A DNA stretch of 12,351 bases from Candidatus Thorarchaeota archaeon (lineage in GTDB: Archaea; Asgardarchaeota; Thorarchaeia; Thorarchaeales; Thorarchaeaceae), in assembly GCA_020348985.1 (NCBI GenBank), contig CP070761.1, forward strand, positions 1,191,193 through 1,203,543. The letters run 5' to 3'. Of this stretch, positions 1-7,927 are shown piece after piece. The position numbers were made by a program, and so were the translations under genes. The notes under the pieces are model-generated. The model made no database searches, was not told the DNA's origin, and worked only from the letters and a program-made list of their open reading frames with translations. Position 1 is the first letter of the stretch; each line of letters starts with the position of its first letter.

Positions 1-969
1 GGAACCGGCTTTGTCGGAAGCCACTTGGTGAGAATTCTCTGCAAAAAGGAGCACGATGTCACTGTTTTGGTCAGAGAGACTTCAAGCACTTCATTGATTG
101 AAGGGCTCTCTTTCAAAAGAACTGTTGGAGATGTCCGTGACATAGACAGTCTGCTCGCCGGCGTTCAGGAGACTGAATGGCTCTTTCACAATGCAGCAAT
201 CATGTCTGAATGGGGCGGCAAGCAGCGATTCTGGCCTGTGAATGTGGAAGGCACACGAAACATACTCGAAACCGTTAGAAGAAAAGACATCCCCAGGTTG
301 ATCCACACTTCATCAACAGCTGTCTATGGTCCGGACAACAAAACAGAGTACATGACTGAGGACACACCGAAGAGACCTTTCGGAGCCTATCAGAAATCAA
401 AGTGGGCTGCAGAGGAAGCGATACTGGAGTACGCGAATGATTATGGCATCAGAGCAGCAATAGTGAGACCTCCCACTATTATGGGCAGGGGGGATATGTT
501 CACCGGACCCCAGCTGATCAGAATACTCAAAGCAGGAAGGATGGTCTTCTTTGGGGATGGTTCAAATTTGCACAGCATTGTACACGGAGCGGACGCAGCA
601 AGGTGTCTTGTGTTGGCAGGAGAAGGGTTCGACAAAGCAGAGGGCAATGCTTTCAATGTAACTTCCTTCACCACAGAATGGAAAGAGACCATTGATGCCC
701 TAGCAAGAGAGCTCGACATTCCATTGAAGGCGCGACATATTCCCTATAGACTTGCACATGGACTAGGCGCATTCCTAGGAGGGCTGTACAGAGCCTTCCT
801 ACGCTACAACTCCCCCATGTTATCACCACTGAGGGTGAAGCTCTTTGGAACACAGCAAGCTGTCGATGATTCAAAGGCCAGAGAGCGGCTGGGATATGAG
901 CCAAAGTGGGATCTTGAGACAACAGCAAAAGATGTTGTGGAGTGGGGAGGAGAGGTAAAGCCTAGATAG
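1..969 (+). CDS. Extended short-chain dehydrogenase/reductase (NAD-dependent epimerase/dehydratase, 3-beta-HSD-like); 5' end lies outside the window
   Basis: Frame 1 is open from base 1 and reads GTGFVGSHLVRIL, the tail of the Rossmann TGxxGxxG motif, so the TTG at 25 is not the real start. Also has GDVRD, FHNAA, VNVEGTRN, HTSSTAVYG and catalytic YQKSK (YxxxK, 388-402). Stop TAG at 967-969. Confidence 0.92.
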   Translation, partial: GTGFVGSHLVRILCKKEHDVTVLVRETSSTSLIEGLSFKRTVGDVRDIDSLLAGVQETEWLFHNAAIMSEWGGKQRFWPVNVEGTRNILETVRRKDIPRLIHTSSTAVYGPDNKTEYMTEDTPKRPFGAYQKSKWAAEEAILEYANDYGIRAAIVRPPTIMGRGDMFTGPQLIRILKAGRMVFFGDGSNLHSIVHGADAARCLVLAGEGFDKAEGNAFNVTSFTTEWKETIDALARELDIPLKARHIPYRLAHGLGAFLGGLYRAFLRYNSPMLSPLRVKLFGTQQAVDDSKARERLGYEPKWDLETTAKDVVEWGGEVKPR

Positions 970-1028
970 AGATCGAGGACCCTTGGTAGGCGCAATCGTT
1001 ATTGAGGGCTGATACACAACGCAACTGG

Positions 1029-3416
1029 ATGGAAACCAGGAAACTCCACTCTGCCTGTGCACTCAATTGTCCGGACATTTGTGCATACATAGTTCACATT
1101 GAAGAAGGAAGAATAGTACGCTTGGAAGGTGATCCAGAGCATCCGTACACGTTGGGTCGCTGTTGTCCCAAAGGATACGGCCATGTTCTTCGAACCTATT
1201 CAGAAGGCCGGCTTCAGTTTCCAATGAAGAAACAGAAGAATGGAGAGTTTCTTAGAGTCACGTGGGAAGAGGCTCTTGATGACATTGCGGCGGCCTTCAA
1301 TTGTGCAAAGGAGGAGTTCGGCCCACACTCTGTTGGAATCTATTCAGGCTCGGGTAACGATGGGCTGGCACCAAAATATGCTGCTAGATATGCAAATGCA
1401 TTTGGTTGTAGAATGATACCGGGCATAGTTGAGATTTGCTTTCAAGGAGCCTACGAAGGAGCAAGGTTCAATGTTGGGCCATTCCCCCCGCATGAGTTGA
1501 GCGACTGGGCAAACTCAAAGTGCATTCTTGTCTGGGGCACAAACAAGTACGAGTCAAGCATTCACTGTAAGCGAGTGATCGATGATGCAATTGACGCGGG
1601 AGCCAAGCTTGTTGTCATAGATCCGAGAAGGACTCCTCATGCAAAGAGAGCAGACATCTATACGACGATTCGCCCAGGCACAGATGCCGCACTTGCACTA
1701 GGTATGGCCAAAGTCATAATTGAGAAAGAACTTCATAATGTGGGTTTTATTGAGAAGCACGTTTACGGTTTTGAGCAATATAGAGAACGAGCCAGAGAAT
1801 ATGATCTGAAAACAGTCAGTGAGATCACATGGGTGGATGAGAACGTAATCGAAGAGATGGCGGTAATGTTTGCCACCCATGGCCCAGGACTAATCATGAC
1901 AGCACCAGCGGGGATGAATCACTACACGAACGGTACTTGGGCGGCAAGAGCTGTTCATAGCCTCCTGGCCATATGTGGGTATCTGGGCCTCTCTGGTAGT
2001 GGGTTTCAATATCTCTCCTCTGACAACAGCCCGTTCAACGGTCCGGCTGTTCGTCTGGATTACTTGCTTGATGAATCTGTCCAGCCTGTTGTGCCCTCGG
2101 GTACCTATATCCCCGAATTCGTGTTGAGCCAGGAAGAGAGTCCACTTCAGGTCCTGGTCATTCAGGCGGCTAACCCGATGACACAATGGCCCAACACTGA
2201 GAAGACACGAAGTGCTCTGAGGAAGATACCATTCAAGGTCTGCATTGACCAGATGATGACCGATACTGCTAGGCACTGCGATATTGTCCTCCCCGCAACC
2301 ACGCTCTTTGAACATGACAACCTTGTTCATAGCGAGCTCCATAGAATCGTCCAGTACTCACCAAAGCTTGTTGAGCCACAAGGTGAGGCGAAGCATGAGC
2401 TAGAAATCTGGAAATGTATAGCAGAACAAACTGGACTCGAGTCATTTTTCCAGATCACTGAGAGGGACGCCATCCGATTATCTTTGGAAAGCGATGATTG
2501 TAGACACATTACACTAGAGAAGCTGAAGCAACAACCTGAAGGAATCAGGACGTCTGCTCCGGCAATTCCGTTTGCTGAGGGAGATTTCGGGACCCGCTCC
2601 GGCAAAGTGGAGCTTTATTCTGATGAGCTGGAGGAGTTGGGTTACGATCCGCTGCCGTTTCATGAAGAGCCGGCCGAAAGCCCAATGTCGACACCAGATG
2701 TCTTCTCGGAATATCCGCTAATCATGATTACGGGAAGGCTGCGTGAACGTCTGCATTCTCAGTTCACAGCACTAGAAGTCGGCGCAACGGTGACGAACTA
2801 TGTATATTGCACGTCCTGTCAGAAATGCGTGAAGGACTGTCCGGATGAAGCCATATCACTGAGACCCCCAAGCCCAGAAGAAATGGCTAAGCAACCAGCC
2901 TATGAAGAAGAAAGTCGAGCCGAAATGAGAAGCAGACTTGGTGCTTTGGTTAGGGGACTCGCAGTACGCAGTTCAGGAGAAGTGCTGAGGATTCCCAACG
3001 AGATGACAGGGCTTCTAATTCCAGAATGGGACATCGACAAGTGCATTGGATGTAGGGAGTGTAATCTTGACCTCTGTCCTTACAACGTGATAACTGAACC
3101 AATTCGTCTTGTTCCTGAGAAAGAGAGGCCAAACACAAAAGCGATTGTGGTTCTTCATCCACAGACTGCGGATTCCTTGGGACTTGTGGAAGATGATTCG
3201 ATCTATGTTGAATCGAGAAGGGGCAGAGTGGACAACGTTAGACTCAAGCTGTCAGAGGGTCTTGATCCCAGAATCATCTGGGCATCTGATGGTTGGTGGA
3301 ACAGAGAGGGCAACATGAATTTGCTTACAGATGACCGTTATACTTCGTTTGGACATACTCCAGGCTTCAATTCTGTTCTTGTAAGAGTCGGCAAATCTAA
3401 TACCAAACCAAGTTAG
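1029..3416 (+). CDS. Molybdopterin (bis-MGD, DMSO reductase superfamily) oxidoreductase with N-terminal [4Fe-4S] and an internal 2x[4Fe-4S] ferredoxin insertion
   Basis: ATG 1029 (METRKLHSAC) is preferred over TTG 1002. N-terminal CX3CX3CX27C-PKG Fe-S motif. Family motifs VTWEEALD, LVWGTN, VVIDPRRT, IRPGTDAALALG, ANPM..PN, TDTARHCDIVLPA and SGKVELYS. Domain IV motifs ITGR..LHSQF and LHPQTA..LGL...SRRG. Probable Cys Mo ligand in VEICFQG. No twin-arginine signal. Confidence 0.93.
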   Translation: METRKLHSACALNCPDICAYIVHIEEGRIVRLEGDPEHPYTLGRCCPKGYGHVLRTYSEGRLQFPMKKQKNGEFLRVTWEEALDDIAAAFNCAKEEFGPHSVGIYSGSGNDGLAPKYAARYANAFGCRMIPGIVEICFQGAYEGARFNVGPFPPHELSDWANSKCILVWGTNKYESSIHCKRVIDDAIDAGAKLVVIDPRRTPHAKRADIYTTIRPGTDAALALGMAKVIIEKELHNVGFIEKHVYGFEQYRERAREYDLKTVSEITWVDENVIEEMAVMFATHGPGLIMTAPAGMNHYTNGTWAARAVHSLLAICGYLGLSGSGFQYLSSDNSPFNGPAVRLDYLLDESVQPVVPSGTYIPEFVLSQEESPLQVLVIQAANPMTQWPNTEKTRSALRKIPFKVCIDQMMTDTARHCDIVLPATTLFEHDNLVHSELHRIVQYSPKLVEPQGEAKHELEIWKCIAEQTGLESFFQITERDAIRLSLESDDCRHITLEKLKQQPEGIRTSAPAIPFAEGDFGTRSGKVELYSDELEELGYDPLPFHEEPAESPMSTPDVFSEYPLIMITGRLRERLHSQFTALEVGATVTNYVYCTSCQKCVKDCPDEAISLRPPSPEEMAKQPAYEEESRAEMRSRLGALVRGLAVRSSGEVLRIPNEMTGLLIPEWDIDKCIGCRECNLDLCPYNVITEPIRLVPEKERPNTKAIVVLHPQTADSLGLVEDDSIYVESRRGRVDNVRLKLSEGLDPRIIWASDGWWNREGNMNLLTDDRYTSFGHTPGFNSVLVRVGKSNTKPS

Positions 3417-3417
3417 G

Positions 3418-3915
3418 TCACTGTGTCTCGTCATCCATAGTCGGAGGAGGCCAGAGATCGAGCATAATCCTCACGGCAATGATTTGGCCGAAGTGGTGGC
3501 TATTGTGTTGTAGAGCAACAAGAACCCAAGCTCCCGAGGGCCCCCTGGGCCATGTCGGTACTGGTTTTGTCATATCAGTTGAACGGACTATTTTCTCGAG
3601 CTCCTCAATTCCAGTTATGAATTGGGTCACAAGTCTCGGCCACTCATCATCATCCTCGAGCTCCATCTCCGTAGGCCATTCAACCTTGCTTACCTCTCGC
3701 CAGTCCATCTTCTCTCCCTTTAGCATCCTTATTGTGTAGTCCTGCCAAATCTCAGCGTGATGAAGCAGCTCCCAGCATGAGTGCATTTCACTCGAGGGAC
3801 GTTCTCTGGCTTTAGATGGCTCCAATCCGCTGATAGCCTTGGCTGGGTGAACATGAGTATGCTTGGCATAAAGCCCATCAATCAGAATCTCATCGAAGAT
3901 GTCTTGGGGGTTCAT
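3418..3915 (-). CDS. DinB/YfiT-like (DinB_2) four-helix-bundle metalloprotein
   Basis: 165 aa with HSCWELLHH and QHNSHHFGQI, the His triad arrangement typical of the DinB superfamily. Confidence 0.85.
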   Translation of the reverse strand: MNPQDIFDEILIDGLYAKHTHVHPAKAISGLEPSKARERPSSEMHSCWELLHHAEIWQDYTIRMLKGEKMDWREVSKVEWPTEMELEDDDEWPRLVTQFITGIEELEKIVRSTDMTKPVPTWPRGPSGAWVLVALQHNSHHFGQIIAVRIMLDLWPPPTMDDETQ

Positions 3916-4017
3916 GGTTCAGCACCTTCTTGTCGACAACCTAGGTTCATTTCAATCCTGTATCCCAGGACAGAGTAAAGGTAATCCTGGCCAACTCAAG
4001 GATACAGATAGCGAGGG

Positions 4018-4059
4018 TATTATATTGGCTTTACTCTTATCCCACACCTCAGGGATACA
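4018..4059 (+). promoter_or_regulatory. Putative pckG promoter: TATA-like TATTATAT followed by palindrome TATCCC-N8-GGGATA
   Basis: TATTATAT at 4018-4025 in the dinB/pckG divergent gap. TATCCC 4038-4043 and GGGATA 4052-4057 straddle the expected transcription start about 25 nt downstream of the TATA-like box. Confidence 0.45.
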
Positions 4060-4072
4060 CCACATAGGCACT

Positions 4073-4078
4073 GAGGTG
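4073..4078 (+). promoter_or_regulatory. Shine-Dalgarno site (GAGGTG) of pckG
   Basis: GAGGTG lies 5 nt upstream of TTG 4084 and matches the archaeal SD consensus GGAGGTGA. Confidence 0.7.
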
Positions 4079-4083
4079 CTCCG

Positions 4084-5964
4084 TTGAACGAAGTCATGAC
4101 CATCCTAGAATCGTCGCTAACTGACGCCAATTTCCGCAAGCTGCTGGCAATCCCAAACAGGCATGTTCACGAGTTTGTGGCAAACGCAATCGAGCTTTGT
4201 GAACCGATGAAGGTGTTTGTTTGTGATGATAGTGAAATGGATACCGAGTATATCAGAAGAACAGCAATTGCCCGGGGCGAGGAGACTGAGCTGGCAGTTC
4301 GGACACATACTGTTCACTTTGACGGAATGTTTGATCAGGCCAGAGATAGAGAGCATACAATCTATCTTGTTCCAAAGGGCGAAACGCTCGGAAAGCACTT
4401 AATGCAAACAGACAGAGAGAGGGGACTCAAGCTCACCAAGGATCGATTGAGAGGAAGTATGAGAAACAAGAAGATGATAGTACGGTTCTTCTGTCTGGGG
4501 CCAATTGACTCGGTCTTCTCAATCCCGTGCGTTCAGATAACAGATTCATTTTACGTAGCACATAGTGCAGACTTACTTTACAGACATGGCTACAACTTCT
4601 TCAGAAGGCTTCCTGAAGATTCAGAGGTGTTCCGGATGCTTCACTCGTCCGGGAAACTGATGCATTCAGTCAGTATCGACTGGAAAAGGCGTGGTGTTGC
4701 GATTGACTACAGAGAGAACACAGTATACAGTTACAATACACAATATGCCGGAAACACAATTGGACTGAAGAAGCTGGCCCTTCGTCTTGCAATCCGCAAG
4801 GCCAGCAGGGAGGGCTGGCTGGCCGAACACATGTTTCTGATGGCCGTACACGGACCAAACGGAAGGAAGACCTACATGACCGGAGCGTTCCCCTCTGGCT
4901 GCGGAAAGACAAGCACATCGATGATTCCAGGAGCTACTATTGTGGGTGATGACCTGGCTTATCTGAGAAAGGTCTACGGGAAGATTAGAGCGGTCAATGT
5001 CGAAAAAGGAATCTTCGGTATAATTAGGTCTGTCAATGAGAAGGATGACCCTGTTATTTGGGATGTTCTTCAATCAGAGCATCCAGTAATCTTCTCTAAT
5101 GTGCTCATCAATGATGGTGTTCCTTATTGGATAGGTGACGGACGAGAGCCTCCAAAAAGAGGTATCAATTTCTCCGGAGAATGGTTCGAAGGAAAGAAGG
5201 ACGAGAGTGGTGAAGAGATTCCACCTGCACACAAGAATGCGAGGTATACAATAGCTCTCGATGGACTGTCGAACCTCGACGAGACCCTAGACGACGTTGA
5301 TGGTGTCAAGGTAGGCGCGGTGATATACGGAGGTCGCGATACAGACACATGGGTTCCTGTTCAGGAGTCATTTGATTGGGCTCACGGCGTCATAACAATG
5401 GGAGCAAGTCTCGAATCTGAGTCGACAGCTGCAACTCTTGGTCCCAGTGGAGTAAGATTGTTCCAGCCGTTCTCGAACATGGATTTCTTGTCAATCCCCT
5501 TAGGGCGATACATATCAAATCACTTGAGATTCGGGGAGGCAACCGAAGCCCCCCCGAAAGTCTTCGGCGTCAACTACTTCCTGAAGGATTCCAATGGGAA
5601 CTTCATAACTGACAAGCTAGACAAGCGCGTCTGGCTGCAGTGGATGGAGCTTCGTGTCCATGGCGAGGTCAGTGCCATGAAGGCGCCGACAGGACTACTA
5701 CCCTGGTTTGATGACTTGCAGAGACTATTCAGAAGATATCTCAACAAGGAATACACAATGGAGGACTATCTGACACAATTCGAGACACGTGTTCCTGAGC
5801 TAATTTCAAAGATTAACAGGATTGAAAACGAATATCGCGAAGGAGTCACTGATGTACCAGCTCTTCTTTTCAGCATTCTGGAAGAACAGCGTGAAATGTT
5901 GCTGGCAGCTCAGAGAGAACACGGCGACTGCATACCTCCAACGGTATACGACGAGATACACTAG
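4084..5964 (+). CDS. pckG: Phosphoenolpyruvate carboxykinase (GTP)
   Basis: 626 aa with DQAR, QITDSFYV, YAGNTIGLKKLALR, GWLAEHM, kinase-1a GAFPSGCGKT, kinase-2 VGDD, HKNARY, YGGRD and FGVNYF. These are signature motifs of the archaeal-type GTP-PEPCK. TTG start supported by an SD. Confidence 0.97.
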   Translation: MNEVMTILESSLTDANFRKLLAIPNRHVHEFVANAIELCEPMKVFVCDDSEMDTEYIRRTAIARGEETELAVRTHTVHFDGMFDQARDREHTIYLVPKGETLGKHLMQTDRERGLKLTKDRLRGSMRNKKMIVRFFCLGPIDSVFSIPCVQITDSFYVAHSADLLYRHGYNFFRRLPEDSEVFRMLHSSGKLMHSVSIDWKRRGVAIDYRENTVYSYNTQYAGNTIGLKKLALRLAIRKASREGWLAEHMFLMAVHGPNGRKTYMTGAFPSGCGKTSTSMIPGATIVGDDLAYLRKVYGKIRAVNVEKGIFGIIRSVNEKDDPVIWDVLQSEHPVIFSNVLINDGVPYWIGDGREPPKRGINFSGEWFEGKKDESGEEIPPAHKNARYTIALDGLSNLDETLDDVDGVKVGAVIYGGRDTDTWVPVQESFDWAHGVITMGASLESESTAATLGPSGVRLFQPFSNMDFLSIPLGRYISNHLRFGEATEAPPKVFGVNYFLKDSNGNFITDKLDKRVWLQWMELRVHGEVSAMKAPTGLLPWFDDLQRLFRRYLNKEYTMEDYLTQFETRVPELISKINRIENEYREGVTDVPALLFSILEEQREMLLAAQREHGDCIPPTVYDEIH

Positions 5965-5976
5965 GGATTGTCTAAC

Positions 5977-6507
5977 CTAGTCATAGTACTTCACAGCGTC
6001 GTCATGGGTAGAGTAATAATCTTCTGAATTGTCCTCTTCATAGTAACTCTGAGTCTGTGTTGACAAATAGTGGCCCTCAATCGTTGCGGTTCCGTCGTAC
6101 GTTGACAGCTCCGCATGCGTGATATCGTTTCCTTTGTTGTCCTTTATGATCCACTCAGACCTTGCCCGAATTCTGCTAAAGGGCCAATCGTGAAGGCATG
6201 CCTGACGGAACGTGGTTGTTGATTGTCCTGTTACAACGGCCTCTTCATCAGAGACGGGGTCTATGATGAACCGTCTAAGTATCGAAGTATCTACTGATCG
6301 ATGAGCATGCCTAAAGCCACTACTGAGAGACGATTCAATCAACGTGCTGCTTTTTGACATCAAAAGTAAGCAAATGAAGCCAGGAACAAGCACAAGCATG
6401 ATGTAGACGTCAATGCTCGGCAGTACTGATGGTACAAAGTATCCAAAAACACCAAAAGCCACAGCCAAAAGATAGCAAATCCCTATCGAGCGGTTGTAAA
6501 TTGCCAA
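5977..6507 (-). CDS. Hypothetical membrane protein: two N-terminal TM helices, small soluble domain, acidic Tyr-rich tail
   Basis: TTG start with GAGGA just upstream on the minus strand. Hydrophobic segments IGICYLLAVAFGVFGYFV and VYIMLVLVPGFICLLLM. Fills the gap between pckG and the aminopeptidase without overlap. Confidence 0.8.
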   Translation of the reverse strand: MAIYNRSIGICYLLAVAFGVFGYFVPSVLPSIDVYIMLVLVPGFICLLLMSKSSTLIESSLSSGFRHAHRSVDTSILRRFIIDPVSDEEAVVTGQSTTTFRQACLHDWPFSRIRARSEWIIKDNKGNDITHAELSTYDGTATIEGHYLSTQTQSYYEEDNSEDYYSTHDDAVKYYD

Positions 6508-6658
6508 TTCCTCAAGTTTCCCTCCAAACCATTCCAGATGCTGGTTTCACAATCACTTCATACTTTGATACTTCTGCACTTATGCTTTTCATCGGGTCTC
6601 TACTCCCAGCAAAACGTATATCTTCAATCCTAAGGTTGGGCCGGGGCAGGTCGGAAAG

Positions 6659-7726
6659 ATGGATTCCCGAATCGAACATCACGCAAGGATTATCGTAGAA
6701 TGGAGCATTGAGATTAAGCCTGGAGACATGGTTACGATTGCCACATCTCCAGCAGGTCACGACTTAGCCGTCGCCGTGACAAAGGAAGTGGCCAAGGCAG
6801 GTGGCAGGCCTATTACTATGATGCTAAGTGAGGAGATAGACAAAGCAAAGTTTGATGGTGCTAGTGAGGAAGTACTAGAGCTCTTCCCAAAACACCAGAT
6901 GGCCATTGTCGAGAATAGTGATGCATTTGTGTTCATTAGATCGCCCGTAAATACGAGAGCTCTCGCCAGTGTGGACCCCAAGAAGGTCATGTTGGAAAGA
7001 AAGACGATCCGAGAAATAGTCAATCTGCGTCTGCAGAAACGCTGGGTACTCACTGTGCATCCGTGTCTCAGCCTGGCACAACAGGCCAACATGAGCCTGG
7101 AAGAGTATCAGGATTTTGTCTATCGTGCAACTCTCTTGGACTGGAAGAAAGAGAGCAAAAACATGTACCTCATCAAGGAGCATCTTGAGAAACACAAAGA
7201 CATCAGATTTGTTGGACCCGAAACGGACCTTTGGGCGTCAACTGAAGGAAGAATCTGGCTAGCATCGGACGCAAAGCACAATCTGCCTTCGGGAGAAGTG
7301 TTCACTGCCCCCGTCGAGACAGCCGTCGAAGGAAAGATCTACTTCGACATCCCATTCCTGCAGCAAGGCAGGGTTCTGGAGGGTGTCCGCCTCACTTTCG
7401 AGAAGGGCGAAGTGGTTGACTACTCTGCAGAAAAAGAAGAAGGAACGTTGAAGGAGATACTCGAGACAGACGAGGGAGCTCGTCGCCTCGGTGAGATGGC
7501 CATTGGGACGAATAGAGGCATCACCCAATACACACTGAACATGCTATTCGACGAGAAGATTGGGGATACGATTCACTGTGCGCTTGGAAATGCATACAAA
7601 GACAACAACGGGACAAATGAAAGCGCTGTTCATGTGGATATGATCAAGACGATGATCGAGGGCGAGATAACCGCCGGTGATGAAGTCATCTACTCGAAGG
7701 GCAAGTTCTTTTACGAGAATGAATGA
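6659..7726 (+). CDS. Aminopeptidase, peptidase family M29 (AmpS/AmpT/PepS-like thermophilic metalloprotease)
   Basis: 355 aa with IKPGDMV, RWVLTVHP...AQQANMS, NLPSGEVFTAP, LGEMAIG, LFDEKIGDTIHCALGNAY and SAVHVDM. These carry the Glu/His/Asp dimetal ligands and the catalytic Tyr of M29. Confidence 0.95.
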   Translation: MDSRIEHHARIIVEWSIEIKPGDMVTIATSPAGHDLAVAVTKEVAKAGGRPITMMLSEEIDKAKFDGASEEVLELFPKHQMAIVENSDAFVFIRSPVNTRALASVDPKKVMLERKTIREIVNLRLQKRWVLTVHPCLSLAQQANMSLEEYQDFVYRATLLDWKKESKNMYLIKEHLEKHKDIRFVGPETDLWASTEGRIWLASDAKHNLPSGEVFTAPVETAVEGKIYFDIPFLQQGRVLEGVRLTFEKGEVVDYSAEKEEGTLKEILETDEGARRLGEMAIGTNRGITQYTLNMLFDEKIGDTIHCALGNAYKDNNGTNESAVHVDMIKTMIEGEITAGDEVIYSKGKFFYENE

Positions 7727-7845
7727 TAATTGCGCCCGACATCCTGGTTTTGTGTCGTCTGCCGTCGAAAAAGAGAATGAACCTTCCGAAAAATGACTCA
7801 AATCGCGGAAAATGTGCAAAGACCTCACACGGTCATTTTTACTAC

Positions 7846-7857
7846 GAAGCTTAAGAT
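7846..7857 (+). promoter_or_regulatory. Putative BRE/TATA promoter element (GAAGCTTAAG)
   Basis: The identical 10-mer occurs in a second intergenic region at 10970-10979, also upstream of a + strand gene. Confidence 0.45.
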
Positions 7858-7927
7858 AGCATTTTGAACATACCATCGACGCCACCATATCGCCTTGCGT
7901 CACCACCAAACTGGAAGGTATTACAGA

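Noticed and set aside
1029-3416. Calling the Mo enzyme formate dehydrogenase, nitrate reductase or a selenoprotein
   Set aside because: It lacks the FDH C/U-H active-site motif (it has ICF) and Nap/Nas-specific motifs, and has no in-frame TGA. The substrate cannot be assigned by eye.
6512-6760. 82-aa minus-strand ORF starting MTCWRCG (CxxC) just upstream of the 2-TM gene
   Set aside because: It overlaps the first 100 nt of the well-supported aminopeptidase on the opposite strand, covers the divergent promoter gap, and has only one CxxC with no second zinc knuckle.
7737-7757. CGACA/TGTCG hairpin just after the aminopeptidase stop
   Set aside because: Only 5-6 bp with no T-tract after it. Too weak to call a terminator.
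7544-7909. 121-aa minus-strand ORF with CSKC
   Set aside because: Half is antisense to the aminopeptidase and the rest crosses the promoter-like region. No recognisable domain.
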